Part shown: in pieces, positions 31,214 to 40,696 of the stretch
Layout: each line of letters begins with the position of its first letter
Position numbering within the stretch: the stretch's first letter is position 1
Assembly: GCA_964487045.1 (NCBI GenBank)
Contig: CAZAOT010000003.1
Span: forward strand, 136,983 to 200,982
Direction: 5' to 3'
Origin: an uncultured Candidatus Saccharibacteria bacterium
Lineage (GTDB): Bacteria > Patescibacteriota > UBA1384 > DTJR01
Length of the DNA stretch: 64,000 bases
Made by a program: the position numbers and the translations under genes
Notes under the pieces: model-generated
What the model was told of the DNA's origin: nothing
The model's database searches: none
What the model saw: only the letters and a program-made list of their open reading frames with translations

Positions 31214-32911
31214 TTGGCTCAAAAAAAATCTTGCAAACATTGCAAAAAAGAATTTGTTGTTGAAGATTGGGATATCAATTTTTTAAAAAAGATTTCTCCC
31301 ACTTTTGCAGGGCAAACTTTCGAAATACCCCTTCCAAGCCTATGCCCAGAGTGCAGAGAGATAAGGCGAGAACTTCTGAGAAATGAAAGAGTTCTATATA
31401 AAAGAAAGTCTGATAAGTCTGGCGAAGAGACAATTTCTTGTTTTTCACCAGATAAGGATTTGATTGTATATTCACCCCAGGAGTGGTGGGCGGACGATTG
31501 GGACGCATCCGATTATGGTGTCGAATTTGATAAAAATAAAACATTTTTTGACCAGTATATGGAGCTTTATAAAAAAGTTCCGAAGCTTGCGCTTTCAAAT
31601 ACAAACAATGAAAATACTGAATTTGGTAATTATATAGATGGCGTGAAGGACTGCTATATGTCTTTTACCTGCTATTTCGGAAGCGAAAAAGTCCTTTATT
31701 CGTATGTTTCTTATTCAGACAAGAACTGCGTGGATATGACATTCAGCGAAGAAAATGAAAATTGCTACTATCTTTACAATTCAACGAAAAATTATAACTG
31801 CTATTTTTGCGACAATATACATAATTCGAGAGATTGTCGGTTTTCTTTCGACCTGATCGGGTGCAGTGACTGTTTGTTTTGTTCTAACTTACGCAGAAAG
31901 CAGTATTGTATTTCAAACAAGCAGTATTCACGTGATGAGTATTTGGAAAAAATTAAAGAATATAATTTTGGGTCTTATGCCAAAACCAAAGAGTATCAGG
32001 AAAAACTTGCTCAAATCAAAAAAGATTCGATTGTTAAATTTGCTAATTTCGTAAATTGTGAGAATTGCAGCGGGGATGACAATATAAACTGCTCTAATGC
32101 GATAAAGTGTTTTGGTTGCAATGATGTGCAAGACTCTAAATATACTTATCGAGCTGTGCATATGAAGGATGCGATGGACTTTATGTGCGGTGGCGCCGAA
32201 AGTGTTTATGAGGTTTCCAATATCGGCTATGGGATTGGATTCTATTTCTGCGAGCACTGTATCACTGGCAACAATCTTTTCTACTGCAGACATTGTATGA
32301 ATTGTAACGATTGTTTCGGCTGTGTTGGTTTGAGCCGCAAGCAATATTGTATTTTAAACAAACAATATTCTAAAGAAGACTATGAAAAAAAAGTAGCAGA
32401 AATCATAGGATTCATGAGCGGAAATGGCGAATGGGGAGAAATGTTCCCGATCGACAAAAATGTCTTTGCTTACAATGAGACCTTGGCCAACGACAATTTT
32501 CCAAAAACAAAAGAAGAAGCCTTGGCCTTCGGGTGTAAGTGGCAAGACAATGATTATTCGCTCAAGCATGACGGACCTTTTTACGAGCCTAAAGATGATA
32601 TTGCAGACTATAAAAATGACGAGACTGAAAGACAAAAGTTACTTTCTGGAATATTGAAATGCGAAGTATCGGGCAAGCCTTATAAGATCGTGCCACAAGA
32701 GTTAGCTTTTTATCTCGAACACAATCTTCCGGTTACGAGAAAGCATTTCGATATTAGATTTAAAGAGAGACTGGAAAAGCGTAATCCAAGGACTCTTTAT
32801 CATCGTCAGTGTATGAACGAAGATTGCGAAAATAAATTTGAAACAACCTATGCGCCAGATAGACCAGAAAAAGTATTTTGTGAATCATGTTATCAAAAGG
32901 AGCTAACGTGA
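31214..32911 (+). CDS. Cys-rich multi-zinc-ribbon protein, paralog 1 of a 5-gene tandem family
   Basis: 565 aa with an N-terminal CxxC...CPxC ribbon, repeated CxxC blocks and a C-terminal ...KFETTYAPDRPEKVFCESCYQKE. It is homologous to the four genes that follow. Confidence 0.8.
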   Translation: MAQKKSCKHCKKEFVVEDWDINFLKKISPTFAGQTFEIPLPSLCPECREIRRELLRNERVLYKRKSDKSGEETISCFSPDKDLIVYSPQEWWADDWDASDYGVEFDKNKTFFDQYMELYKKVPKLALSNTNNENTEFGNYIDGVKDCYMSFTCYFGSEKVLYSYVSYSDKNCVDMTFSEENENCYYLYNSTKNYNCYFCDNIHNSRDCRFSFDLIGCSDCLFCSNLRRKQYCISNKQYSRDEYLEKIKEYNFGSYAKTKEYQEKLAQIKKDSIVKFANFVNCENCSGDDNINCSNAIKCFGCNDVQDSKYTYRAVHMKDAMDFMCGGAESVYEVSNIGYGIGFYFCEHCITGNNLFYCRHCMNCNDCFGCVGLSRKQYCILNKQYSKEDYEKKVAEIIGFMSGNGEWGEMFPIDKNVFAYNETLANDNFPKTKEEALAFGCKWQDNDYSLKHDGPFYEPKDDIADYKNDETERQKLLSGILKCEVSGKPYKIVPQELAFYLEHNLPVTRKHFDIRFKERLEKRNPRTLYHRQCMNEDCENKFETTYAPDRPEKVFCESCYQKELT

Positions 32912-34629
32912 ATATTTGCAAAGTATGTAACAAGCAATTCGAAGTTACCAAGGAAGACGAAAAGTTTCTTGAGAAAATATCCCCTAGTTTCGACGAAGAG
33001 ATATTTCTAATTCCTCCCCCAACCCTTTGCCCTGATTGCAGGAATAAAAGGAGACTGGGAGTTAGAAATGTTGTAAATCTTTACAAGCGTAAATGCGATC
33101 TTTGCTCAAAAGAAGTTGTTTCGATGTATTCGCCTGACAAGACGGACATTAAAGTCTATTGCTCTTCTTGTTGGTGGTCGGATAAATGGGACTATAGTGA
33201 TTATGCGAAAGACTATGATCCATCTAGAAGCTTTATTGAGCAGTTAACTGAGCTTAAGAAGGAAGTACCAGCTCCTGCGCTCCTTCACGTTAATTCAGAA
33301 AATAGCGAATATATAAATTTTTCAAACGACAACAAAAATTGCTATCTAGTTTTCTTAGCCGGAAGAAATGAAGATGTATATTATGGATACTGGGCGGAAG
33401 ATAGCAGAAATTGTGTTGATACATCGTTTAGTGCTTATTGCGAAATGTGCTACGAGGGAGTGCTGCTTGGAAATTGTTATAATGTCCACTGGTCAATAAA
33501 TTGTGGTACTTGTAGGGATTCATATTTTATTGAAGACTGCGCAGATTGTAGTGATTGCATATTGTGCAGCGGACTTCTAAAGAAGCAGTATTGCTATAAA
33601 AACAAACAACTATCGAGAGAAGAGTACGAAAAGGTTAAGACGGATTTTCTTGCCAATCTAGAAACAAATCTAGATGATTATAAACAAAAATTCCGACAAG
33701 TAGTCCTGTCCCAACCAAAAAAATACTCCCAAATGCTCCGTAGCGAAGATTGTTCTGGCGATAATATTTTTGATTCTAAAGGCTGTAATAATTGTTTTAG
33801 AGTATCTAAGAGTGAAGATTGCAAGTATTGTTATGATTTAGTTAGCGGAAAAGATTCATACGATGTAACGGGTTTTGGAATTCCGATTGAGCTGGTTTAT
33901 GAATCTCAGAATATTGGATTGGGTTCGGCTAGATGCGCTTTTATTAGTTTTGCTTACCAGCTAAGTGACTCTTATTACTGTGAACATTGTTATTATTCCA
34001 GAAATTTATTTGGTTGCGTTGGGGCTAAAAATCATGCAGAGTTTTGTATTCTTAATAAAAAATATTCCAAAGAAGAATATGATAAATTAGTCCAAAAAAT
34101 TATCGCTGACATGCAGAAAAGAGGAGAGTGGGGAGAATTTTTCCCATCTAGCTTCTCTGCATTTGGCTACAATGAAACTTTGGCGAATGAGTATTATCCT
34201 CTTGCAAGAGAAGAAGCAGAAAAATTAGGTTATAAATGGCAAGAAGTAACCGGAGATGTGCAATATGACGGCGAAGCGTATAATCCTGTTTCGATAGAGC
34301 GTTATAAGACAGATGAGCAAGAAAGAAATAAGCTTCTTGGGAGTGTATTAAAATGTATTAAGTCTGGAAGGCCTTTCAAAATAATGCCCCAGGAGCTACT
34401 TTTTTATATCAGGCATAATATTCCAATTCCTAGAGTACACTATGCTGTCAGGATGACCGATCGTCTTAACTCGATTAACAAAAATGAGCTTTTTCACCGC
34501 CAGTGTATGTGCGAAGAGGTAAATCATAACCACGAAGGAAGGTGCGCGAAAGAATTTGAAACATCTTATTCGCCAAATAGCCAAGAAAAAGTTTATTGCG
34601 AAGATTGTTATTGGGAGAAGTATAGATGA
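32887..34629 (+). CDS. Cys-rich multi-zinc-ribbon protein, paralog 2
   Basis: 580 aa with the same architecture. Its start overlaps the previous stop. Confidence 0.8.
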   Translation: MLSKGANVNICKVCNKQFEVTKEDEKFLEKISPSFDEEIFLIPPPTLCPDCRNKRRLGVRNVVNLYKRKCDLCSKEVVSMYSPDKTDIKVYCSSCWWSDKWDYSDYAKDYDPSRSFIEQLTELKKEVPAPALLHVNSENSEYINFSNDNKNCYLVFLAGRNEDVYYGYWAEDSRNCVDTSFSAYCEMCYEGVLLGNCYNVHWSINCGTCRDSYFIEDCADCSDCILCSGLLKKQYCYKNKQLSREEYEKVKTDFLANLETNLDDYKQKFRQVVLSQPKKYSQMLRSEDCSGDNIFDSKGCNNCFRVSKSEDCKYCYDLVSGKDSYDVTGFGIPIELVYESQNIGLGSARCAFISFAYQLSDSYYCEHCYYSRNLFGCVGAKNHAEFCILNKKYSKEEYDKLVQKIIADMQKRGEWGEFFPSSFSAFGYNETLANEYYPLAREEAEKLGYKWQEVTGDVQYDGEAYNPVSIERYKTDEQERNKLLGSVLKCIKSGRPFKIMPQELLFYIRHNIPIPRVHYAVRMTDRLNSINKNELFHRQCMCEEVNHNHEGRCAKEFETSYSPNSQEKVYCEDCYWEKYR

Positions 34630-36323
34630 TAAATAAAGTTTGCAAACAATGCAGCACAGAATTCGAAGTAACTGACACTGATTTAGATTTTTATAAAAAA
34701 ATCGCTCCTACTTTTGATGGCAAGACTTTTGAAATTCCTACTCCAACATTGTGTCCTGATTGTAGGAGACAGAGAAGGATAGCTTGGAGAAATGTTGGAA
34801 ACTTTTATGTCAGAAAAAGCGATTTGTCTGGCCGACAAATAATTTCCTGTGTTGCTCCTAACTCAAAATTCAAAATTTATCACAATGATGAGTGGATGTC
34901 CGATAAATTTGATCCCTACGAATATGGCCGGGATTTTGATTTTTCTACGCCATTTTTTGAGCAATTGCACGAGCTTAGCTTAGAGGTACCGAGACCTCAT
35001 ATGAATTCCGCTCGTAATGAGAATAGTGAATATATAAATAATTCTTCGGACTGCAAAAATTGTTACTTAATAGAAAATTCTACCGAAGCTGAGGATTCAC
35101 TTTATTCTTTAGGCCTTTTTTATTCCAAAGATTGCGTTGATTGTTTTAAAGCGTTTAAAAGTGAAAACTGCTACGAATGTATTAATATTGAGAAGTGCTA
35201 CGGCTGCCATTTTTGCAAAGACTGTGTCAACTGTTCCGAATCATTTCTACTCGAAGATTGCACTGGGTGTAGAAATTGTTATGGTTGTACGAATTTATCA
35301 AATAAGCAGTATTGGATATTTAACGAGCAAAAAACAAAAGAGGAATTCGAAAAGTTTAAACAAATTTTTCTTGAATCTGATATCTCAGAGCGCTCCAAGC
35401 TGATTGATAAGATTAGTGATCTCAGGTCTGATTTACCCAAAAAATTCGCACATGTTCTATCAAATGAAAATTGTAGAGGCGATTATATTTTTCACTCAAA
35501 AAAATCAGATGGTTTTTTTCTCGATAATTGTGAAGATGTGAGCGATTCTACAAACTTGAGTTATTGTAAGGATTATTTCGATGTTGACTATTGGGGTGAT
35601 AATTCCGAAGTCTGTTATGAATCGGCCGAAATAGGAACTCAAGCCCATAACATTTTATTTTCCAGAAAATGTCATGGCAATATTCGCAATATTTACTACT
35701 CGCTTGACTGTTGTTTTGGGTCGCATGACTTGTTCGGATGCTGCGGGATCAAGCATGGAGAGTATTCAATTTTGAACAAAAAGTATTCATCTGAAGAATA
35801 TGAAAAAATGGTTGCTCGAATAATCGAGCATATGCAAAAAAATGGCGAGTGGGGTGAATTCTTCCCATACAAAATGAGCCAATTTGCTTATAACGAGACC
35901 TCGGCGATGGATTATTTTCCATTAACTAAAGAAGAGGTTTTGAAATTAGGATCTTATTGGCAGGATCAATCATCTGATCAAAAATATAATGACGAAGGAT
36001 ATAAGCCACTTGAGATCGGTCAGTATGCAGTTCAGGAAAAAGCTGATGAATTATTAAAGTCTGTATTAGTCTGCGCCAAATCATCTAGGCCATATAAAAT
36101 CCAGCCACAAGAGCTAGCTTTTTATCTTAAGCATAACTTGCAAATTCCTATCTTACATCCAGATGAAAGATATAAGTTACGTTTTAATCAAATCAATCCT
36201 CAAAAAACATGGCATAGAAAGTGTATGAACGAAGGCTGTAATAACGAATTCGAAACAACATATTCCCCTGATCGTCCAGAAAAAGTCTATTGCGAAGATT
36301 GTTATCAAAAGGCGGTATTGTGA
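34626..36323 (+). CDS. Cys-rich multi-zinc-ribbon protein, paralog 3
   Basis: 565 aa with the same architecture and a 4-nt overlap with paralog 2. Confidence 0.8.
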   Translation: MINKVCKQCSTEFEVTDTDLDFYKKIAPTFDGKTFEIPTPTLCPDCRRQRRIAWRNVGNFYVRKSDLSGRQIISCVAPNSKFKIYHNDEWMSDKFDPYEYGRDFDFSTPFFEQLHELSLEVPRPHMNSARNENSEYINNSSDCKNCYLIENSTEAEDSLYSLGLFYSKDCVDCFKAFKSENCYECINIEKCYGCHFCKDCVNCSESFLLEDCTGCRNCYGCTNLSNKQYWIFNEQKTKEEFEKFKQIFLESDISERSKLIDKISDLRSDLPKKFAHVLSNENCRGDYIFHSKKSDGFFLDNCEDVSDSTNLSYCKDYFDVDYWGDNSEVCYESAEIGTQAHNILFSRKCHGNIRNIYYSLDCCFGSHDLFGCCGIKHGEYSILNKKYSSEEYEKMVARIIEHMQKNGEWGEFFPYKMSQFAYNETSAMDYFPLTKEEVLKLGSYWQDQSSDQKYNDEGYKPLEIGQYAVQEKADELLKSVLVCAKSSRPYKIQPQELAFYLKHNLQIPILHPDERYKLRFNQINPQKTWHRKCMNEGCNNEFETTYSPDRPEKVYCEDCYQKAVL

Positions 36324-37966
36324 AAAAATGCATAAATTGCAGTGCTCAATATGATGTGACCGACCAAGAAAAATCTTTTCTAAAAAAGATGGATTTGCCA
36401 GAGCCGAAAATTTGTCCGGAGTGTAGGTCGCAGCGAAGATGGGCGCTAAGAAATCAAAGCACTCTGTATAAAAGAAAGTGTGATTTTACCGGTAAGGAAA
36501 TGGTCTCGCTATATGCATCTGATTCAAAGCATAAAGTTTATGCTGAAGATATTTGGTGGTCTGACAAGTGGGATGCCATGGATTATGGCAGAGATTTTGA
36601 TTTTTCGCGGCCGTTTTTTGAGCAATTCAGAGAGTTGCAGTTAGATGTTCCAAGAAGGGGGATGCATCAAGATGGAACAAATGAGAACTGCGAATATATA
36701 ACTTTCGGAATGGGAAATAAAAATTGCTACTTGGCATTTGCGTGTTTCAATTGTGAAAACACTTACTTTTCATTTTTTTCGCTAATGTCTAAGGAAACGA
36801 TTGATTGTCTTTTAGCAATAAGCGGCGAGCTTTTGTATGAATGTATCCACTGCGACAAATGTTATAAATCGTCATATTTAAAAAATTGTTCAAGCTGCAC
36901 TGAATGCTATCTGATGGAAGACTGTAGCGGTTGTAGCAACTGCATTGGATGCAAAAATGTTAATAATAAGCAGTATTATATTTACAACAAACCAGCGACG
37001 AAAGAAGAATTCGAATTCTTAAAACAGAAACTCGAGACGGGTGGTATGAAAAAAGAGAAGGAAAAATTTGATAAGTGGAAGCTAAGTGTTCCAAATAGAT
37101 TTGCTCATATCATAGCCTCACAAGATAGTGATGGGGACTACATCTACAATGGAAAGAATTGTCATAATTGTTTTGGAATTTTGATACAAGGCGCGGAGGA
37201 TAGTGCTAATTGTCAGATGAGCGGTGCGCAGGCTAAAGAAATGTTTGATTGTTCGATGGCGGGGCAGGGAAGCGAACTAATATATGAGATGCAAGCAACT
37301 AGTGGTGCATACCATAGTGCATTTGTTAATTTCTGTAGGTTTTCCAAATTTGTTTATTATTGTGATTGCATCAGCAATTGCGAGGAGTGTTTTGGATGTG
37401 TTGGGCTGAGCAATAAAAAATATTGCATTTTAAATAAACAATATTCCAAAGAAGAGTATGAGGAATTGAAACCAAAGATTGTTGAGCATATGAAAAAAAC
37501 TGATGAATGGGGAGAGAATTTTCCGCTTAAAAATTCACCTTTTCCATACAATGATACGTTGGCGCAAAATTATTATCCGCTAACAAAAAACGAAGCAGAA
37601 AAACTTGGCTTGAATTGGAAGGATCCTGAAGACAATAAGACGATCAAACAAACGGTGAAGGTCGATCCTAATATTGATAATGTAGATGAAAAAATATTGA
37701 ATGCTGTATTGTGTTGTAATAAATGTGGCAAAAACTATAAAATTATTCCCCAGGAATACAGGCTTTATAAGATGCTCAAAGTTTCAATCCCTGACCATTG
37801 TCCGTCTTGCAGATATCAGGAAAGAATTGATCAATTTAAGATTTCTAAATTATATGACCGAGAGTGTATGAACGCGGGTTGTAAAAATAAGTTCAAAACT
37901 CTTTATTCCAAAGAGAGTCCCGAAATAGTCTATTGTGAAAGTTGTTATCAAAGAATAATAATATAG
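36290..37966 (+). CDS. Cys-rich multi-zinc-ribbon protein, paralog 4
   Basis: 558 aa with the same architecture. It overlaps paralog 3. Confidence 0.8.
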   Translation: MRRLLSKGGIVKKCINCSAQYDVTDQEKSFLKKMDLPEPKICPECRSQRRWALRNQSTLYKRKCDFTGKEMVSLYASDSKHKVYAEDIWWSDKWDAMDYGRDFDFSRPFFEQFRELQLDVPRRGMHQDGTNENCEYITFGMGNKNCYLAFACFNCENTYFSFFSLMSKETIDCLLAISGELLYECIHCDKCYKSSYLKNCSSCTECYLMEDCSGCSNCIGCKNVNNKQYYIYNKPATKEEFEFLKQKLETGGMKKEKEKFDKWKLSVPNRFAHIIASQDSDGDYIYNGKNCHNCFGILIQGAEDSANCQMSGAQAKEMFDCSMAGQGSELIYEMQATSGAYHSAFVNFCRFSKFVYYCDCISNCEECFGCVGLSNKKYCILNKQYSKEEYEELKPKIVEHMKKTDEWGENFPLKNSPFPYNDTLAQNYYPLTKNEAEKLGLNWKDPEDNKTIKQTVKVDPNIDNVDEKILNAVLCCNKCGKNYKIIPQEYRLYKMLKVSIPDHCPSCRYQERIDQFKISKLYDRECMNAGCKNKFKTLYSKESPEIVYCESCYQRIII

Positions 37967-38277
37967 GAGATGCAGTGAATAATATTAAAACCGCAATAAT
38001 TAACTCGCTTGGCGTGTTCGCTTATGTTGTAGCTATCGCGACTGTGATGAATAACGCCGAAAAACTTTTCGGAAAGGAAGATACAATTGCGACCGGTATC
38101 GCTTTTCTTATGTTATTTACCCTCTCGGCAGGTGTCGTAGGATCATTGATTGTTGGTAAGCCAATATTTATGTATCTCGATGGCAAGAAAAAGGAAGCGG
38201 TTAGTCTTCTCGCTTGGACACTCGGATGTATAGCGGTAATCACATTAATTGTTTTGCTTTATCTTGGGCTTAGATAA
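37942..38277 (+). CDS. small membrane protein (3 predicted transmembrane helices) embedded in the paralog array
   Basis: 111-aa hydrophobic ORF that overlaps the paralog 4 stop and abuts the paralog 5 start. Confidence 0.5.
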   Translation: MLSKNNNIGDAVNNIKTAIINSLGVFAYVVAIATVMNNAEKLFGKEDTIATGIAFLMLFTLSAGVVGSLIVGKPIFMYLDGKKKEAVSLLAWTLGCIAVITLIVLLYLGLR

Positions 38278-40001
38278 TGGCTACATTAAAATCTTGCAAA
38301 CAGTGTAACTCCAGTTATGAAATTGGAGATTGGGATAAGGAATTTCTTAGCAAAATTTCCCCTACTTTTGATGGCAAGACTTTTGAAATACCGGAGCCGG
38401 AGCTCTGCCCAGAATGTCGGAGGCAGAAAAGATTGATGTGGAGGAACAATAGATCGTTATATAGTCGCAAATGCGATATGTGCTCAAAGCAGATAATTAC
38501 TACCTTCTCTCCAGACAAGCCGTTTGCTGTATTTTGCCAAGATTGCTGGTGGTCGGACAAGTGGAATCCTGAGGACTATGGACAAGATTTCGATTTTAAT
38601 AAAACATTTACTGAACAGTTTGCGGATGTTATGAAAAAAACACCGCGGATAGCACTCATGAATAAGAATTCTGAAAATAGCGAATACTGCCATTATGCTG
38701 GAAACAATAAAAATTGTTATCTGTGCTTCGCTGGCTCTTGGAATAATGAAAACTGTTCTTATGGATATAGATTTGGGGGTTGCAAGGATTGTTTTGACTG
38801 TCACTTTTTAGAAAAATCAGAACTTTGTTATCAAATATTTCATGGGGCAAATAATTTTAAGTGTGCCTTTTGTGATTATATTTATGACTCCAGCGAGTGT
38901 TATTTCTCTTATGATTTGAAAGGGTGTAAAAATTGCATATTCTCGACTGGTTTGAGAAATAAGGCTTATTTTGCATTCAATAAACCGTGCACAAAAGAAC
39001 AATTCGAAGAACTTAAAATGCACATGGAAAGTAATACATCTATAGCGAGAGCCCTAGCAAAATTTGATGCAATAAAAAGAGAAGCGCCTAAGGTGCCAGT
39101 AGTTCAGTTAAAGTGTGAAGATTGTGAGGGTGATAATCTGAGCGGGTGTAAATCCTTGAGAGAAGCATTTGATATTAATGATATGGAGAGTGGTAAGTAT
39201 GTATTAATTGGAGCTTTATCTAAGGATGTGATGGATTGCACGGCAGTTGGCCTTGGCGAAACACAACTTTGTTATTATTGTATGTCGGTCGGCGACAGTG
39301 CATATAATTGCCTTTTCTCAAATGGTATTTGGTCTTCAAGAAACATTATTTACTGTGACTCTATAATCAGCTGCGAAGATTGCTTTGGCTGCGCATCTAT
39401 CAAAAAACAAAATCATTGTATTTTAAATAAAAAATATTCAGAGCAAGAATATGTGCAGATAGTCGCTAAAATTATTGAACATATGAAGGCTAATGGAGAA
39501 TGGGGAGAATATTTAGATAATATGCTCTGCCCATACTATTATAATGAAACTTTTGCTCATGAGTTTTATCCTCTACAGCAATCTGGTGCTGAAAAAATTG
39601 GTTGTAGTTGGCAAACAAAGGATTATTCTCCAGAATACAAAGGAGAGAGCTATGTTGCAGACGACAGCATCCTAGCATTTCAAGACGTGAATAAGGCCGA
39701 AGAGCTGATCAAAGGAATTATAAAATGTGAAGTAACTGGTAAGCCCTTCAAAATCACGCCGAGTGAATTAGCTTTTCATGTAAAACAAAGGATTGCTCTT
39801 CCACTCAAACATCCAAATGTACGATTCGAAGAAAGATTCGCCAAGCTAAACTTTCCCAAGCTTAGTGAAGGTGAATGCTGTTGCGATCAGCAAGGGCATA
39901 GCCACGATGGTAAATGCCAAAATAAGTTTAAGACAACCTATCCACCAGAAAAGAAGGAAAAAGTTTTCTGTGAGTCATGCTATCAAAAAGAAATATTGTA
40001 G
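38277..40001 (+). CDS. Cys-rich multi-zinc-ribbon protein, paralog 5
   Basis: 574 aa with the same architecture. The C-terminus is ...KFKTTYPPEKKEKVFCESCYQKE. Confidence 0.8.
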   Translation: MATLKSCKQCNSSYEIGDWDKEFLSKISPTFDGKTFEIPEPELCPECRRQKRLMWRNNRSLYSRKCDMCSKQIITTFSPDKPFAVFCQDCWWSDKWNPEDYGQDFDFNKTFTEQFADVMKKTPRIALMNKNSENSEYCHYAGNNKNCYLCFAGSWNNENCSYGYRFGGCKDCFDCHFLEKSELCYQIFHGANNFKCAFCDYIYDSSECYFSYDLKGCKNCIFSTGLRNKAYFAFNKPCTKEQFEELKMHMESNTSIARALAKFDAIKREAPKVPVVQLKCEDCEGDNLSGCKSLREAFDINDMESGKYVLIGALSKDVMDCTAVGLGETQLCYYCMSVGDSAYNCLFSNGIWSSRNIIYCDSIISCEDCFGCASIKKQNHCILNKKYSEQEYVQIVAKIIEHMKANGEWGEYLDNMLCPYYYNETFAHEFYPLQQSGAEKIGCSWQTKDYSPEYKGESYVADDSILAFQDVNKAEELIKGIIKCEVTGKPFKITPSELAFHVKQRIALPLKHPNVRFEERFAKLNFPKLSEGECCCDQQGHSHDGKCQNKFKTTYPPEKKEKVFCESCYQKEIL

Positions 40002-40047
40002 GAGTATAATATAAGAAAATAATGTCCTTTGGGGCAAAGGAGGGGTT

Positions 40048-40305
40048 GTGAAATTGAGTACGTTGTCATTTGCGGTCACTGGCGGGATCTTTATGGCGGT
40101 TTGCATGGCAGCTGTCACGGTTGCAAGCAGACTAGGAATCGATGGAGCACATGCCATCACAAATGGGATGACTAAAGTCATGGGAAATTTTGGATACAGT
40201 GTCTCGTGGCTAGGTCTATTTATGGGAATATTGCTTGGGTTTATAAAAGGTTTTGTTTTATTTGGATTGTTTTCGGTGATCTACAATTCCATGGTGGAAA
40301 AATAA
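40048..40305 (+). CDS. small membrane protein (2 transmembrane helices)
   Basis: 85-aa hydrophobic ORF immediately after the paralog array. A GGAGG Shine-Dalgarno lies upstream. Confidence 0.45.
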   Translation: MKLSTLSFAVTGGIFMAVCMAAVTVASRLGIDGAHAITNGMTKVMGNFGYSVSWLGLFMGILLGFIKGFVLFGLFSVIYNSMVEK

Positions 40306-40375
40306 ATTAAACCTATTTAATCTTGCCGGATTACTCCTTAAGTGCTAGAATAAATTAAGGAATTAATCAATTATT

Positions 40376-40696
40376 ATGCTTTCAAAAGATGATGTTTTAG
40401 CTGTGGCGAAGCTGTCACGGTTAGAGCTAACAGAACCTCAAATCGAAAAGTTTGGAACTCAGCTCTCAAATGTGCTTGAGCTTTTTGATGAGCTTAAGAG
40501 TGTTGATACAGAAAATACACTTGAAACTTCACAGGTTACTGGCCTTAAAAATATTACTCGCGAGGATGCAGTTTTCTACGATGATGATCTGCGACCATCT
40601 AGCACAGATGAGCTTTTGAAGAATGTTCCTGTCAGACGGGAAAATAATATTATTGTTCCGAAGATAATTGATTCAAGCGGGGCGGGTGAGAAATGA
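40376..40696 (+). CDS. gatC: Asp/Glu-tRNA amidotransferase subunit C
   Basis: 106 aa. The N-terminus LSKDDVLAVAKLSRLELTEPQIEKF is the GatC signature and it is followed by gatA. Confidence 0.85.
   Translation: MLSKDDVLAVAKLSRLELTEPQIEKFGTQLSNVLELFDELKSVDTENTLETSQVTGLKNITREDAVFYDDDLRPSSTDELLKNVPVRRENNIIVPKIIDSSGAGEK

Noticed and set aside
31214-40001. Considered whether the regularly spaced repeats in 31-40 kb could be a CRISPR array or other short tandem repeat
   Set aside because: The repeat unit is about 1.7 kb, protein-coding and diverged at the nucleotide level. There are no short direct repeats with unique spacers and no cas genes.
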